A stretch of DNA of 64,000 bases from an uncultured Bacillota bacterium (GTDB lineage Bacteria > Bacillota_I > Bacilli_A > RF39 > UBA660): contig CANATJ010000001.1 of NCBI GenBank assembly GCA_947364595.1, positions 26,642-90,641 on the forward strand. Reading direction: 5' to 3'. Under the pieces are notes generated by a model. The model searched no databases and had not been told where the DNA came from. It saw nothing but the letters and a program-made list of their open reading frames with translations. Positions 9,954 to 21,521 of this stretch are shown piece after piece (position 1 is the stretch's first letter; each line of letters begins with the position of its first letter). Position numbers and translations under genes: made by a program.

Positions 9954-11209
9954 TACATACCCCTATTTTTATAACTGCGGCTTATTAAGTTGCTTTCAAG
10001 TTGTTTATAACATTCTAGGATAACACCTACAACGATAATTAAACCTGTACCACCAATTGAAACAGTTGTTGGTAAACTAGAAAACATACTAAATATATAT
10101 GGAAGTCCTGCAATAATTGCTAAGAATATTGCGCCAACTATAGTAATTCTAATTAAAACTTTATTAACATAATTAATAGTTTCTTCTCCTGGTCTAACCC
10201 CTGGAATATATCCACCAGATTTTTGTAAATTTTCAGCCATTTCCTTAGGTTTAATTATTATAAATGTATAGAAATATGCAAATAATATTATGAATACAAT
10301 AAATAATATAAATCCTGTTACTGAAGAAAGACTAAGCCATTTATTTACAAAAAGCATCATCTTTTCATTTTTAGAAAATTGTGCTATAAGTGCTGGCACT
10401 GAAATAAGTGCTGAAGCAAAAATAACTGGGGTAACTCCTGAAGAGTTAAGTTTAAATGGGATATATGTTTGTTTACTTCCGTAAACATTATTTGTTTTAT
10501 TAGCATATTGAATAGGTATTCTTCTTTCTGCTAATTGATCATATAATACTCCTATAATAATTGCAATATAAACTACTAAGAAGATTACAAAAGTAATAAT
10601 ACCTAAAAATGTAGTTTGTGCACTTGCTGTATCTACAAGACCATTCCAAGCTTCAGTAAACATATGTGGAACACTTGCTAAAATACCAGCCATAATTATC
10701 ATAGAAATTCCATTTCCTAAGCCTTTCTTAGTGATTTCATCACCAATCCAAAGTAATAGACAAGTTCCAGCAGTTAACACTAATGAAACCTCTAAATAAT
10801 CCATTACTGTTCCATTCTTAACAAAGGCAAATGAAAACATATATCCTTGAATAAATGCCATAGCAATACCCATAATTCTTGTAATTTGATTTAATTTATT
10901 CCTTCCTGTTTGACCTTGTTTAGCCAAATCAGCAAAGTATGGAATAATATCCATTTGTAGTAATTGCATAACGATTGATGCAGTAATATAAGGCATAACA
11001 CCTAATGCAAAAATCGAAAAATTCTTCATAGCTCCGCCACCCATAATATTAAGTAGCTCTAAAAATCCCATATTTAAATCTTGACTTGTCCCAGGAACAG
11101 GAATTGCTGTTCCTAATTTAAATATAAATAACGCTACGAAAGTAAATAATATTTTTTTACGTAAATCTTTATTTTTACGACTAAATATTTGTTTAATGGT
11201 TGAAAACAT
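9953..11209 (-). CDS. secY: Preprotein translocase subunit SecY
   Basis: 418 aa multi-TM protein. Conserved SecY order after rplO. Confidence 0.9.
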   Translation of the reverse strand: MFSTIKQIFSRKNKDLRKKILFTFVALFIFKLGTAIPVPGTSQDLNMGFLELLNIMGGGAMKNFSIFALGVMPYITASIVMQLLQMDIIPYFADLAKQGQTGRNKLNQITRIMGIAMAFIQGYMFSFAFVKNGTVMDYLEVSLVLTAGTCLLLWIGDEITKKGLGNGISMIIMAGILASVPHMFTEAWNGLVDTASAQTTFLGIITFVIFLVVYIAIIIGVLYDQLAERRIPIQYANKTNNVYGSKQTYIPFKLNSSGVTPVIFASALISVPALIAQFSKNEKMMLFVNKWLSLSSVTGFILFIVFIILFAYFYTFIIIKPKEMAENLQKSGGYIPGVRPGEETINYVNKVLIRITIVGAIFLAIIAGLPYIFSMFSSLPTTVSIGGTGLIIVVGVILECYKQLESNLISRSYKNRGM

Positions 11210-11652
11210 TAGATCACCTCTGCTTTTCCACCTAATTTTTCTATTTGTTCTTTAGCTGAAGCAGAAAACTTATTTGCTTTAACCACTAGTTTTTTTTCTA
11301 AAGTACCATTTCCTAATACTTTAATACCATCTAAGCTATTTTTTACTAATCCCATATCTTTTAAAATTTCTGGAGTAACTAAAGCATCATTTTCAAATCT
11401 ATTCAAGTCATCTAAATTAATAACAGCATATACTTTTTTAAAGTTAGCATTAGAGAAACCTCTCTTAGGTAATCTTCTGAATAATGGTGTTTGACCACCT
11501 TCAAAACCTATTCTAACTCCTCCACCACTTCTTGAGTTTTGTCCGTTTTCTCCACGTCCAGCAGTTTTACCTAAACCACTTCCTGGTCCACGTCCAACTC
11601 TTTTTTTAGCTTTAGTAGCATATGGATTTGGTTTTACTGTGTGTAATTTCAT
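11209..11652 (-). CDS. rplO: 50S ribosomal protein L15
   Basis: Start MKLHTVKPN with GGAGGAAT RBS. The track ORF is extended upstream into rpsE. Confidence 0.9.
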   Translation of the reverse strand: MKLHTVKPNPYATKAKKRVGRGPGSGLGKTAGRGENGQNSRSGGGVRIGFEGGQTPLFRRLPKRGFSNANFKKVYAVINLDDLNRFENDALVTPEILKDMGLVKNSLDGIKVLGNGTLEKKLVVKANKFSASAKEQIEKLGGKAEVI

Positions 11653-11653
11653 A

Positions 11654-12157
11654 CTATAATTCCTCCACTTTTTTACCGCGTAATTTTGCAACTTCTTCAG
11701 CAGTCTTTTGTTGTTTTAATGCATCTAAAGTAGCATATGCAATATTAATTTTAGTACTTGAACCTAATGATTTAGATAAAATATCTTTAATACCAGCTAG
11801 TTCTATTACAGCACGAACTGGTCCACCAGCTTTAACTCCTGTACCTTTAGAAGCAGGTCTTAGTAAAACTTTACTAGCTCCTCTTCTTCCTACAGCTTCA
11901 TGTGGGATAGTATTTCCATTTACTATAGCTACATTTGTAATATTTTTAGTTGCAGCAGCTACAGCTTTTTTAATAGCAGCAGGTACTTCTTTTGCTTTAC
12001 CTGAGCCTATACCAACTTTACCTTTTCTGTCTCCAACTACTACAGTTGCAGAAAAACGTAAATCACGACCACCTTTTGTTACTTTTGTAACACGGCCAAT
12101 GTTGATAACTTCTTCGTCATATAATTTTGGACGGGGTTGTCTTCTTCTTGTTTCCAC
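11654..12157 (-). CDS. rpsE: 30S ribosomal protein S5
   Basis: 167 aa. S5 dsRBD plus C-terminal domain. Ends 2 nt before rplO, so there is no room for rpmD. Confidence 0.9.
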   Translation of the reverse strand: METRRRQPRPKLYDEEVINIGRVTKVTKGGRDLRFSATVVVGDRKGKVGIGSGKAKEVPAAIKKAVAAATKNITNVAIVNGNTIPHEAVGRRGASKVLLRPASKGTGVKAGGPVRAVIELAGIKDILSKSLGSSTKINIAYATLDALKQQKTAEEVAKLRGKKVEEL

Positions 12158-12170
12158 TTTTTTCCCTCCT

Positions 12171-12533
12171 CTAGAATTTTAATCCATTTTCACGTGCAGC
12201 TTCGGCTAAGGCTTTAACACGACCGTGATATAAATATCCGCCTCTATCGAATACTACTTCTGTGATTTTTGCTTTTTTTGCTCTTTTAGCAATTAACTCT
12301 CCGACTTTGATAGCTGCTTCTACATTTCCACCATTTTTTAGCGAAAGTTCTTTATCAATTGAAGAAGCGCTTACTAAAGTAGCACCTTTAGTATCATCAA
12401 TGATTTGAGCGAAGATATTGCTATTTGATCTAAACACGTTAAGTCTTGGAGTTTCAGTAGTTCCTGAAATTTTATTTCTAACTCTTTCGTGTCTAGCTTT
12501 ACGAACTTCATTACGATTTACTTTTTTTATCAT
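12171..12533 (-). CDS. rplR: 50S ribosomal protein L18
   Basis: 120 aa. Typical L18. Confidence 0.9.
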   Translation of the reverse strand: MIKKVNRNEVRKARHERVRNKISGTTETPRLNVFRSNSNIFAQIIDDTKGATLVSASSIDKELSLKNGGNVEAAIKVGELIAKRAKKAKITEVVFDRGGYLYHGRVKALAEAARENGLKF

Positions 12534-12558
12534 AATATCTTCTCCTTTACTTTTTTAA

Positions 12559-13089
12559 TTAAGCAGCTTTTTTACCAACTTTACGGATAATGTGTTCATC
12601 TTGATAACGAATACCTTTTCCTTTATATGGCTCTGGTTTTCTAATTTTTCTAACATTAGCAGCAAATTCGCCAACTAATTGTTTATCTATACCTTTAATA
12701 GTTAGTTCTGTATTTGATGGACATTCAAGAGTAAGTCCAGCTGGTGCTGTAACAACAACTGGGTGAGAATATCCAGCAGTAACTGTTAATTTACTTCCTG
12801 AAACAGCAAAACGGTAACCTACACCTACTGTTTCTAATTTCTTTTCAAAACCTTCTGTTACACCAATAATCATATTTTGAATATTAGCGTTTGCAGTTCC
12901 ATGGAAATTTTTATAAGCGTCACTTTTTCTAGTAACTGTTAATTCATTTCCGTTGATTGCGATAGCAATATTTTTATTAATTTCAGTAGAAAGTTCACCT
13001 TTTGGACCTTTAACTGTAACAATATTACCATCAGTAGTAACTGTAACATTTTCAGGTATTGAAAGTACTCTGTTTCCTATACGACTCAT
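12559..13089 (-). CDS. rplF: 50S ribosomal protein L6
   Basis: Start MSRIGNRVLSIP with GAGGAAAG RBS (the track ORF is 8 codons longer). Confidence 0.85.
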   Translation of the reverse strand: MSRIGNRVLSIPENVTVTTDGNIVTVKGPKGELSTEINKNIAIAINGNELTVTRKSDAYKNFHGTANANIQNMIIGVTEGFEKKLETVGVGYRFAVSGSKLTVTAGYSHPVVVTAPAGLTLECPSNTELTIKGIDKQLVGEFAANVRKIRKPEPYKGKGIRYQDEHIIRKVGKKAA

Positions 13090-13106
13090 TTTACTTTCCT
13101 CACTTT

Positions 13107-13505
13107 CTACCAAATATAAGCTAACACTTCTCCACCAAGTGATTTAGCCTTTGCATCTCTACCAGTCATAACACCTTCTGATGTTGACATAATAGCGATT
13201 CCTAAACCATTTAATACACTTGGAACTTCGTCAGCCTTTGCATATACACGTAACCCTGGTTTAGAAATTCTCTTAAGACCAGTAATAACGCGTTCTTTTT
13301 TAGCTCCATATTTTAAAGTTAATACAATTGTACCTTGGACATCGTCTTTTTTAATTTTATAATTTACGATATATCCTTCTTCCTTTAAAATTCTTGCAAT
13401 TTCTTCTTTCATTTTTGAAGCTGGCATTTCAACTTCTGTATATTTCATTTGATTTGCATTACGAATTCTCGTAAGCATATCAGCGATTGGATCTGATACT
13501 ACCAT
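13107..13505 (-). CDS. rpsH: 30S ribosomal protein S8
   Basis: 132 aa. [17 protein letters not shown]. Confidence 0.9.
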   Translation of the reverse strand: MVVSDPIADMLTRIRNANQMKYTEVEMPASKMKEEIARILKEEGYIVNYKIKKDDVQGTIVLTLKYGAKKERVITGLKRISKPGLRVYAKADEVPSVLNGLGIAIMSTSEGVMTGRDAKAKSLGGEVLAYIW

Positions 13506-13520
13506 ATATATCCTCCCTTC

Positions 13521-13706
13521 TTACCAACTTGATTTTGTAATTCCAGGTATTTGTCCTTTATAAGCTAATTCCCTAAAACAAATACGGCAAATTCCATATT
13601 TTTTAAGTACTGAATGTGGTCTACCGCAAATTTGACAACGAGTATATTCACGCACTTTAAATTTAGGTTTACGATTAGCTTTAACAATCATACTTTTTCT
13701 AGCCAT
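13521..13706 (-). CDS. rpsN: 30S ribosomal protein S14 type Z (zinc-binding)
   Basis: 61 aa. CxxC ... CxxC. Confidence 0.9.
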   Translation of the reverse strand: MARKSMIVKANRKPKFKVREYTRCQICGRPHSVLKKYGICRICFRELAYKGQIPGITKSSW

Positions 13707-13722
13707 AATTTCCTCCTAATCG

Positions 13723-14262
13723 TTATTTTTTAAACGGCATACCGAAACCTTTAAGTAAGTCTAAAGCTTCTTCATTTGTTTTGGCTGTTGTAACAAATAC
13801 AATGTCCATTCCACGTACTTTAACAACATTATCATAATCTATTTCTGAGAAAATTAATTGTTCATTTAGTCCTAAAGTGTAATTTCCTCTACCATCAAAT
13901 GATTTTGGACTAATTCCTCTAAAGTCTCTTACACGAGGTAATGTAATACTAATTAATTTATCTAAAAAGTTATACATGTTTTCACCACGTAAAGTTACTT
14001 TACAACCGATAGCTTGACCTTCACGAACTTTAAAACCAGCAATTGCTTTCTTAGCTTTTGTTACAACTGGTTGTTGTCCAGTGATAGTCTTTAAATCTGC
14101 TACTGCAGCATCTATTAATTTACTATTGCTAGTTGCATCACCAACACCCATATTAACTACGATTTTGTCTAATTTAGGTAATGCCATTACACTATCATAA
14201 TTATATTTTTCTCTTAAACTAGGTACGATTTCTTTATTATACTTTTCTTGTAGGCGGTTCAT
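13723..14262 (-). CDS. rplE: 50S ribosomal protein L5
   Basis: Start MNRLQEKY with AAAGGAGG RBS. The track ORF is 12 codons longer. Confidence 0.85.
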   Translation of the reverse strand: MNRLQEKYNKEIVPSLREKYNYDSVMALPKLDKIVVNMGVGDATSNSKLIDAAVADLKTITGQQPVVTKAKKAIAGFKVREGQAIGCKVTLRGENMYNFLDKLISITLPRVRDFRGISPKSFDGRGNYTLGLNEQLIFSEIDYDNVVKVRGMDIVFVTTAKTNEEALDLLKGFGMPFKK

Positions 14263-14281
14263 AAATGCCCTCCTTTCAGGT

Positions 14282-14590
14282 TTAGTCAAGTTTTTCATTT
14301 GATTTTCTTGACACTCTTATTTTTTTACCATCTTTTGTAGTTGTATGTCCGATTCTAGATGCTTTTTTAGTCTTTGGATCGATAATCATTACGTTAGAAA
14401 CATGTAAAGGTGCTTCTACTTCATCGATTCTACCAGACTCACCACCGTTTGGTTTAATATGTTTTTTAACAATATTAACGCCTTCAACGATGACTTTGTC
14501 GTCGGCTTTTAAGGTTTTAATTACTTTACCTTCTTTGCCCTTGTCTTTACCAGCAATGACAACTACTTTATCTCCTTGTTTTATTTTCAT
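14282..14590 (-). CDS. rplX: 50S ribosomal protein L24
   Basis: 102 aa. KOW motif [19 protein letters not shown]. Confidence 0.9.
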   Translation of the reverse strand: MKIKQGDKVVVIAGKDKGKEGKVIKTLKADDKVIVEGVNIVKKHIKPNGGESGRIDEVEAPLHVSNVMIIDPKTKKASRIGHTTTKDGKKIRVSRKSNEKLD

Positions 14591-14608
14591 ATTATTCCTC
14601 CAAACGAT

Positions 14609-14977
14609 CTATAATACTTCCTTAGCAAGTGAAACAATTTTCATGAAATCTTTTTCACGAAGTTCACGTGCTACTGGTCCAAATACACGAGTTCCTACAG
14701 GACTCTTATCGTCTTTAATAATAATACAAGCATTATCATCAAATTTAATATAAGATCCGTCTTCTCTTCTTAGACCAAATTTTGTTCTTACAACAACAGC
14801 TTTTACAACTTTACCCTTAGCGACTGTTCCGTTAGGTGTTGCTTTTTTAACTGTTCCAACTACTATATCACCAATATTGCCAGTTTTTACTTTGCTTCCT
14901 CCTAATACTCTAATTACTGAAAGTTCGCGAGCACCAGAGTTATCAGCTACTTTTAAACGGCTTTCTTGTTGAATCAT
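14609..14977 (-). CDS. rplN: 50S ribosomal protein L14
   Basis: 122 aa. [16 protein letters not shown]. Confidence 0.9.
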   Translation of the reverse strand: MIQQESRLKVADNSGARELSVIRVLGGSKVKTGNIGDIVVGTVKKATPNGTVAKGKVVKAVVVRTKFGLRREDGSYIKFDDNACIIIKDDKSPVGTRVFGPVARELREKDFMKIVSLAKEVL

Positions 14978-15001
14978 ATATTAATTCCTCCTTCCAGCGA
15001 G

Positions 15002-15259
15002 TTATAGGATAACTGCTTTTTCTACTATCTCTACTAAACGATAATGTTTTGTTTTTGATAGTGGTCTAGTTTCCGCGATTCTTACTTTATCGCCAACTTT
15101 TGCTTCATTTTTTTCATCATGAGCGGCATATTTTTTAGAGTATTTTGCTCTTTTACCATATAATTTATCTTTTGTGTAAGTTTCTACTAAAACAGTAATA
15201 GTTTTATTGTTAGTTGCACTAACTACTTTTCCAACTAATTCTTGTCTAACTTTTTCCAT
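15002..15259 (-). CDS. rpsQ: 30S ribosomal protein S17
   Basis: 85 aa. Confidence 0.9.
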   Translation of the reverse strand: MEKVRQELVGKVVSATNNKTITVLVETYTKDKLYGKRAKYSKKYAAHDEKNEAKVGDKVRIAETRPLSKTKHYRLVEIVEKAVIL

Positions 15260-15268
15260 AAATTCCTC

Positions 15269-15475
15269 CTAGTCTTGTAATTCACGTTCACGTAAGATAG
15301 TTTTCATACGTGCAACGGCCTTTCTAAGTTCGTTAATTCTTGCTGGCTTTTCAAGACTACCAGTAGCTTGGCTAAAGCGTAAATTAAATAATTCAGCTTT
15401 GCATTCAGCGATTTTTGCTTTTAAATCAGCATCGCTTAATTCTCTAAGTTCATTAATTTTCACTTGCCTCACCAC
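15269..15475 (-). CDS. rpmC: 50S ribosomal protein L29
   Basis: 68 aa. Confidence 0.85.
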   Translation of the reverse strand: MVRQVKINELRELSDADLKAKIAECKAELFNLRFSQATGSLEKPARINELRKAVARMKTILRERELQD

Positions 15476-15884
15476 TTTCTTTTTTTACAAATTTACATTT
15501 TATTGGAAGTTTGTGCATTGCTAAACGTAATGCCTCTCTTGCAACTTCTTCACTTACACCGGCAACTTCGAACATAACTTTTCCTTTTTTAACAACTGCT
15601 ACCCATTTTTCAGGAGCACCTTTACCTTTACCTTGACGCATACCAATAGCTTTTGAAGTTAATGATAAGTGTGGGAAAATGTTTATCCATACTTTTCCGC
15701 CACGTTTCATATAACGTGTCATAGCTACACGGGCTGCTTCAATTTGTCTTTGTGTAATCCAAGCACCTTCTAAAGCTTGTAATCCAAATTCACCAAAGTG
15801 AACTTCTCTATTACCTCTAGCTTCACCTTCATAGCTTAGGCGGTGTGGACGACGATATTTAGTTCTTTTTGGAATGACTGCCAT
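15453..15884 (-). CDS. rplP: 50S ribosomal protein L16
   Basis: Start [12 protein letters not shown] with AAGGGAGG RBS. The track ORF carries a spurious 36-codon N-terminal extension. Confidence 0.9.
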   Translation of the reverse strand: MAVIPKRTKYRRPHRLSYEGEARGNREVHFGEFGLQALEGAWITQRQIEAARVAMTRYMKRGGKVWINIFPHLSLTSKAIGMRQGKGKGAPEKWVAVVKKGKVMFEVAGVSEEVAREALRLAMHKLPIKCKFVKKESGEASEN

Positions 15885-16539
15885 TGTCCTTACCTCCCTT
15901 ACCATCTTTAGAAGGAAGGATTTCACCTTTATAAATCCATACTTTAACACCGATTTTACCGTAAACAGTATCTGCTTCTTTATGAGCATAATCAATATCA
16001 GCTCTTAAAGTATGACGAGGAACTTTACCCTCAGTATATCCTTCTCCTCTAGCTATTTCTGCACCATTTAAACGTCCAGATACCCAAGTTTTTATACCTT
16101 TTGCTCCAGATTTCATAACGTTTCTAATTGCTTTCTTTTGAGCAATTTTAAATGAAACACGATTTTCAATTTGATGAGCAATTTGTTCAGCAACTAAGGC
16201 TGCTACTAGATTTGGGTTTTTAATTTCCATAATTGAAATGTGAATATTTTCACTAACAAGTTTGGAAAGCTCTTTTTTTAATTTTTCAATTTCATCTCCG
16301 CCATGACCAATTACAACACCAGGTTTAGCAGTATTGATAATAACATTAGTCTTATCAGCGTTTCTTTCAATAAGAATACTTGAAACTGCTGCGTCTTTTA
16401 ATTTCTTTTCTAAGAATTTACGAATTTTATAATCGTTATTTAGGAATTTTGCAAAATCTTTATTTCCTGCATACCATTTTGATTCCCAAGTTTTATTAAT
16501 TCCGATTCTAAGCCCAACCGGACTAACCTTTTGACCCAT
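15859..16539 (-). CDS. rpsC: 30S ribosomal protein S3
   Basis: 226 aa. KH domain plus C-terminal domain. The Lys/Gly-rich tail overlaps the rplP start. Confidence 0.9.
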   Translation of the reverse strand: MGQKVSPVGLRIGINKTWESKWYAGNKDFAKFLNNDYKIRKFLEKKLKDAAVSSILIERNADKTNVIINTAKPGVVIGHGGDEIEKLKKELSKLVSENIHISIMEIKNPNLVAALVAEQIAHQIENRVSFKIAQKKAIRNVMKSGAKGIKTWVSGRLNGAEIARGEGYTEGKVPRHTLRADIDYAHKEADTVYGKIGVKVWIYKGEILPSKDGKGGKDNGSHSKKN

Positions 16540-16556
16540 CAGTTTACCTCCTTTGC

Positions 16557-16892
16557 TTAATTTTTCTCACTTACAACCACTGTAATGTGGCTTGATCTTT
16601 TTAAAATTGGTTTAGGGCTGCCTTTAGCACCAGCTCTACCTCTTTTTAAAGTTTTACCTTCATTTATATACGCTTCTTTAACGTAAAGATTTTCTTTTTT
16701 TAATTCTAAGTTATTTTCTGCATTAGCTGTAGCCGAAACAAGAACCTTGCGAATTAATCTAGAAGCTTCTTTGTTAAGATTTGCTAAAATATTATCAGCT
16801 TCAATTACATCTTTACCGCGAACCAAATCAATAACTTGACGAGCTTTTCTAGGTGCTATTCTTACACCTTTAGCCATTGCTTTAGCTTCCAT
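16557..16892 (-). CDS. rplV: 50S ribosomal protein L22
   Basis: 111 aa. Confidence 0.9.
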   Translation of the reverse strand: MEAKAMAKGVRIAPRKARQVIDLVRGKDVIEADNILANLNKEASRLIRKVLVSATANAENNLELKKENLYVKEAYINEGKTLKRGRAGAKGSPKPILKRSSHITVVVSEKN

Positions 16893-16910
16893 TTATATCA
16901 TCCTTTCCGG

Positions 16911-17183
16911 TTATTTTTTATTCTTGTCATCGCCATGACCACCAAATTTACGTGTTAGTGCAAATTCACCCAATTTATGTCCAACCATATCTTCTGTTAC
17001 ATAAACAGGAATAAATTCTTTACCATTATGAACAGCAAATGTGTGTCCAATAAATTCAGGATAAATTGTAGAACGGCGAGACCAAGTTTTTATTACCTCT
17101 TTTTTACCAGATTCGTTTACTTTTTTAACCTTATTCATTAAATGTTCATCAATGAATGGGCCTTTTTTTAAACTTCTAGCCAT
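16911..17183 (-). CDS. rpsS: 30S ribosomal protein S19
   Basis: 90 aa. [10 protein letters not shown]. Confidence 0.9.
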   Translation of the reverse strand: MARSLKKGPFIDEHLMNKVKKVNESGKKEVIKTWSRRSTIYPEFIGHTFAVHNGKEFIPVYVTEDMVGHKLGEFALTRKFGGHGDDKNKK

Positions 17184-17200
17184 TTATAAATCATCCTTTC

Positions 17201-18031
17201 TTATTTTTTACGACGACGAACAATTAGTTTGTTTGAAGCTTTCTTCTTGTTACGTGTCTTATATCCAAGAGCTGGTTTACCCCAAGGAGTAACTGGCCCT
17301 TTACGTCCGATAGGCGCACGTCCTTCACCACCACCATGTGGATGGTCATTAGGGTTCATAACAGAACCACGAACTGTAGGTCTAATACCAAGATGTCTTT
17401 TTCTTCCGGCTTTACCTAAGTTAACTAATTCATAATCAGCGTTTCCAACTTCACCGATTGTTGCACGACAAACGCTAAGTACTTTTCTAACTTCTCCACT
17501 TGCTAAACGAAGTAAAGTATAGTTTCCTTCACGTCCTAAAATTTGTACGCTTGAACCAGCACTTCTAGCCATTTGTCCACCTTTACCAGGCATTAATTCA
17601 ACATTGTGAACTAAAGTACCTTCTGGAATATTTGCAAGTGGTAATGTGTTACCAACTTTAATGTCGGCATTTTCTCCACTTTCAATTTTCATTCCAACAG
17701 TTAAGCCTTTTGGAGCAATAATATATCTTTTTTCTCCATCAGCATAATTAATTAAAGCAATGTTAGCACTTCTATTTGGGTCGTATTCGATTGAACTAAC
17801 TGTTCCGATTACGCCATCTTTATTTCTTTTAAAATCTATAACACGGTATTTTCTCTTAGCTCCACCACCATGATGTCTTACAGTGATTTTACCTTGATTA
17901 TTACGGCCGCCAGATTTCTTTATTGTAACAACTAATGATTTTTCTGGAGTAGTTTTAGTAATTTCTTCATTTACTAAAGAACTCATACCACGTCTACCAT
18001 TAGTAGTTGGTTTATATAACTTGATTGCCAT
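17201..18031 (-). CDS. rplB: 50S ribosomal protein L2
   Basis: 276 aa. [10 protein letters not shown]. Confidence 0.9.
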   Translation of the reverse strand: MAIKLYKPTTNGRRGMSSLVNEEITKTTPEKSLVVTIKKSGGRNNQGKITVRHHGGGAKRKYRVIDFKRNKDGVIGTVSSIEYDPNRSANIALINYADGEKRYIIAPKGLTVGMKIESGENADIKVGNTLPLANIPEGTLVHNVELMPGKGGQMARSAGSSVQILGREGNYTLLRLASGEVRKVLSVCRATIGEVGNADYELVNLGKAGRKRHLGIRPTVRGSVMNPNDHPHGGGEGRAPIGRKGPVTPWGKPALGYKTRNKKKASNKLIVRRRKK

Positions 18032-18049
18032 ATTCGTCCTCCCTTAAGA

Positions 18050-18328
18050 TTAATTAAGTTCGATTGAACTTCCTTCTTTTAATTTAACAATTGCTTTTTT
18101 TACTTTATTAGCTCTTCCAACATAACGTCCTACTCTTTTTTTCTTAGGATATGTGTTTAGAGTATTTACTTTTTCAACTTCTACATTGAAAATTTTTTCA
18201 ATAGCTTGTTTAATTTGTGTTTTATTAGCTTTTGGATCAACGCTAAATACCACAACATTTTCTCTTGCCAAATCAGAAGTTTTTTCAGTGATAATTGGAG
18301 CCTTTATAATGTCTCTATAATTTTCCAT
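18050..18328 (-). CDS. rplW: 50S ribosomal protein L23
   Basis: 92 aa. Confidence 0.9.
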   Translation of the reverse strand: MENYRDIIKAPIITEKTSDLARENVVVFSVDPKANKTQIKQAIEKIFNVEVEKVNTLNTYPKKKRVGRYVGRANKVKKAIVKLKEGSSIELN

Positions 18329-18951
18329 TACGCAAGTACCTCCTCTATAGCTTTAACTGCATTCTCAGTAATAACTAAGCAATCAGCCGCAACAACATCT
18401 AAAACATTGATTTCATCAACTTGTAATAATTCAACTTTTGGAATATTACGTGAAGCTAAAATTAAATTGTCAGTAAGTTCATCAACAACAATTAAAACTT
18501 TCTTAGGAGCTTTAATTGAATCTAAAACTCTTAACATTTCTTTTGTTTTAGGTGTTTCTAAATTTAAATTGTCAACAACGATAAGTTCGTTATCTAATTT
18601 CTTATAAGATAAAGCAGATTTTAGAGCTAAAACTCTTTCTTTCTTATTCATCTTTTTATTGTAAGTTCTTGGATGTGGTCCAAATACTACACCACCGTGA
18701 TACCATTGTGGAGCTCTAGTACTACCTTGTCTTGCATGACCAGTACCTTTTTGTCTCCATGGTTTCTTTCCTCCACCACTTACTTCACCACGTGTTTTTG
18801 TATCAGCAGTACCTTGTCTTTGAGAATTTCTAGCTAATGTAATAGCATCATATAATACTGAATCATTTGGAGTAATACCCCATACTGTTTCATTTAAAGT
18901 AATATCGTTAACTTTTTCGCCTTTAAGGTTAATTACTGTATTTTTCTTCAT
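18328..18951 (-). CDS. rplD: 50S ribosomal protein L4
   Basis: 207 aa. Confidence 0.9.
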   Translation of the reverse strand: MKKNTVINLKGEKVNDITLNETVWGITPNDSVLYDAITLARNSQRQGTADTKTRGEVSGGGKKPWRQKGTGHARQGSTRAPQWYHGGVVFGPHPRTYNKKMNKKERVLALKSALSYKKLDNELIVVDNLNLETPKTKEMLRVLDSIKAPKKVLIVVDELTDNLILASRNIPKVELLQVDEINVLDVVAADCLVITENAVKAIEEVLA

Positions 18952-18961
18952 AATTTACCTC

Positions 18962-19720
18962 CTACTCTTCTACTGCTTCTGCAGTTTCAGTGCTTTCTGT
19001 TTCACTAGTAGTTTCTACATTTTCAGTAGATTCTTCTACTACTGGAGTTTCTTCTTTAACCCAAGAAACAAGTTCTGGTCTTTCGTTAACTTTACCCATA
19101 TTTTTAACAGCACTTTTAATGATTACTAACGATTTCTTAGCACCAGGAATATTTCCTTTTACTAAAATTACATTATTTTCTACGTCAACCGCAACAATTT
19201 CCAAATTTTGAATAGTTACAGTTAATGTTCCCATATGACCTGGTAATTTTTTACCTTTGAATACACGCATTGGTCGCATAGTTCCCATTGAACCTGGTCC
19301 TCTATGATAATGTGAACCGTGTCCCATAGGTCCTCTGCTTTGATTATGTCTTTTGATTGTTCCTTGGAACCCTTTACCTTTAGTAGTTCCTGTTACATCA
19401 ACAACTTCTCCTCTAGCAAAAATATCTGCGCTGATTTCTTGTCCTAGAGTATAGTCTTCAACATTGACACCTCTGATTTCTTTAAAGAAGCGCTTAGGTG
19501 CAGTGTTTGCTTTATTGGTATGACCAATAGAAGCTTTTGTCGCTAACTTTTCTCTCTTTGTATCAAAACCAAGTTGAATAGCTTCATATCCATCGTTTTC
19601 TTTAGTCTTAATTTGAGTTACAACATTAGGAGTAACTTCAACTACAGTAACTGGGATAAGTTTTCCATCTTGATCAAATACTTGAGTCATTCCAATTTTA
19701 CGACCTAAGATTCCTTTCAT
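18962..19720 (-). CDS. rplC: 50S ribosomal protein L3 with a ~40 aa acidic Glu/Thr/Ser-rich C-terminal extension
   Basis: 252 aa against a usual ~210. Tail [30 protein letters not shown]. Confidence 0.9.
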   Translation of the reverse strand: MKGILGRKIGMTQVFDQDGKLIPVTVVEVTPNVVTQIKTKENDGYEAIQLGFDTKREKLATKASIGHTNKANTAPKRFFKEIRGVNVEDYTLGQEISADIFARGEVVDVTGTTKGKGFQGTIKRHNQSRGPMGHGSHYHRGPGSMGTMRPMRVFKGKKLPGHMGTLTVTIQNLEIVAVDVENNVILVKGNIPGAKKSLVIIKSAVKNMGKVNERPELVSWVKEETPVVEESTENVETTSETESTETAEAVEE

Positions 19721-19737
19721 AATTTCTTCCTCCTATT

Positions 19738-20046
19738 TTATAGTTTGATTTGAATATCAACACCGCTTGGAATATCTAGATGCGATAACGCATCAACTGT
19801 CTCCTTACTTGGATTATTGATATCAATAAGTCTTTTGTGTGTTCTTTTTTCGAATTGTTCACGTGAATCTTTGTATTTGTGAACAGCTCTTAAGATAGTT
19901 ATCTTTTCAACTTCAGTTGGTAGTGGAATTGGTCCACTTACTTCTCCGCCTGTTCTTTTAACAGTGTCAACTATTTTAGCACAAGCAGCGTCTAAATTTT
20001 TGTGTTCAAAAGATTTTAATCTGATACGAACTTTAGTTTTTGACAT
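19738..20046 (-). CDS. rpsJ: 30S ribosomal protein S10
   Basis: 102 aa. First gene of the S10 operon. Confidence 0.9.
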   Translation of the reverse strand: MSKTKVRIRLKSFEHKNLDAACAKIVDTVKRTGGEVSGPIPLPTEVEKITILRAVHKYKDSREQFEKRTHKRLIDINNPSKETVDALSHLDIPSGVDIQIKL

Positions 20047-20207
20047 ATTGTATCCTCCTCTCGCCTATATCTAGTATAGACTTGCTCCGTGTAAAAACCC
20101 GACGGCTGGTTAAATTTATTTGCAACTTAACCCGGCGTGTCGGCAACCTCACACATCTAAGCACGCCACACATTCAAAATTATACACGACTATTGTATGA
20201 AAATCAA
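20047..20207 (-). promoter_or_regulatory. S10-operon sigma-A promoter (-35 TTGATT 20202-20207, 17 nt spacer, -10 TATAAT 20179-20184) and ~125 nt GC-punctuated structured leader
   Basis: Read on the minus strand: TTGATTTTCATACAATAGTCGTGTATAAT. The leader holds GGCGTG ... CACGCC and CCAGCCGTCGGG-TTTTT hairpin-like segments in an otherwise AT-rich genome. Confidence 0.6.
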
Positions 20208-20284
20208 GGGTTTTTTAGAACTTTTTATCTTTTTTCGCTATTTTTTGCATAAAGAAAAAGGCCACTATTTTTTTAGTAATCCTT

Positions 20285-21313
20285 TTATTGTTTTCTTAAA
20301 TAATAATTATATATATATCCTATTTGTCCATTATACTCCACTTTTGACCAATCATTATCTGTTGTACCTAATCTTTTTAATTTTATATTTGGTTGTAATG
20401 ATTCTGTCAAAGTATTATCTAATTCAAAAGTAGGGGCTTTCCTAAAGTTAGCAAATGTCTTTGTGATAACATAATCATTTGTTGGGATTATTGTTATTTT
20501 TTTTATTATTTGTTCGTTTGGATCATTGACATCAACTATTCTCTTTATAAATTTAAAATTAGCATAATTTAAATCAACATTTCCTTTTATTCCATCTATT
20601 TTGCCTTTACTTGTATATTGCAACATATCATATTTTAAATCTATGTTATTATCATACTGAGCTAACCATGTTTTATATTTTTCTTTAATTTTTTTACTCC
20701 ATATATTTTTTAATGGTAAGTTACAGCTATAAATAATGGGCGTATATCCATTTTTTTCTACATATTTAAGAAAAACTTCAGCATTTTTAGATAACCTAGC
20801 ATTATTAATACCTTTTAATCTATATTTATTAAAATCTTCTAAATCAAAAGCCACTGGATAACTTATATATTCTTTGTATGGATTTATTTTGTTTACAACC
20901 CATTTTGCTTCCTCAGTAGCTTCTTTTTCACTTTTTGCAGATGAATAAAAATAAATCCCTATTTGAATATCATTATTAATTGCACCTTGGATATTTTTTT
21001 CAAAGAATTCATCTATATGAATTCTACCATCTTCATAACCTCTAAATCCTACTCTTATCATGGCAAATTCAACACCACTTTGTTTTACCTTTGACCAATC
21101 TATATTTCCTTGATATTTAGACACATCTATACCAAAAGTTTTTTCTTCTATATAATCATATATTATTTCTTGATTTGAATTTAATTGATGCATACTTGTT
21201 TGGGACGTGGTAAATTCTGCACCCAAATACTTAAAAGCTGCCATACTCAAAAGAAAAGTCATACATACTATAGAAATTATAATAAAACTGTTTTTTAATG
21301 TTTTTCTAATCAT
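20285..21313 (-). CDS. GH25-family muramidase (lysozyme) with N-terminal membrane anchor and C-terminal SH3b domain
   Basis: GH25 motif GIDVSKYQGNIDW. C-terminal NDWSKVEYNGQIGYIYNYYL is SH3_3-like. N-terminal TM helix. Confidence 0.7.
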   Translation of the reverse strand: MIRKTLKNSFIIISIVCMTFLLSMAAFKYLGAEFTTSQTSMHQLNSNQEIIYDYIEEKTFGIDVSKYQGNIDWSKVKQSGVEFAMIRVGFRGYEDGRIHIDEFFEKNIQGAINNDIQIGIYFYSSAKSEKEATEEAKWVVNKINPYKEYISYPVAFDLEDFNKYRLKGINNARLSKNAEVFLKYVEKNGYTPIIYSCNLPLKNIWSKKIKEKYKTWLAQYDNNIDLKYDMLQYTSKGKIDGIKGNVDLNYANFKFIKRIVDVNDPNEQIIKKITIIPTNDYVITKTFANFRKAPTFELDNTLTESLQPNIKLKRLGTTDNDWSKVEYNGQIGYIYNYYLRKQ

Positions 21314-21521
21314 ACTAACACCCTTTTATATTAACTATAAAGGCATTTTTATAAAAAGACAACGCAAAATATATTTTTTTGATTTTAAGACAGTCTAAAA
21401 GTGTAAAATAAATTTCTAAAAATCAATCAATTTATATTGTTTAAAATTTATATTATATATAATAATGATAGTAAATTTGCCATTAACTATATTATTCGTT
21501 ATAATAATAATGGTGAAGAAA

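Noticed and set aside
11622-12182. 186 aa plus-strand ORF (and similar ones at 7505-7759, 13107-13147 region, 14490-14753, 17229-17435, 18206-18607, 18990-19211)
   Set aside because: All lie antisense inside highly conserved ribosomal-protein genes. They have Pro/Ser/Leu-rich low-complexity translations typical of antisense frames.
15885-15995. 36-codon N-terminal extension of rplP, and analogous extensions on rpoA, rpsM, rplO, rplF, rplE, gpsA, mnmG, yvcK, lgt and rpmE in the track
   Set aside because: Internal Met codons give canonical N-termini with good Shine-Dalgarno sequences. The extensions overlap upstream genes.
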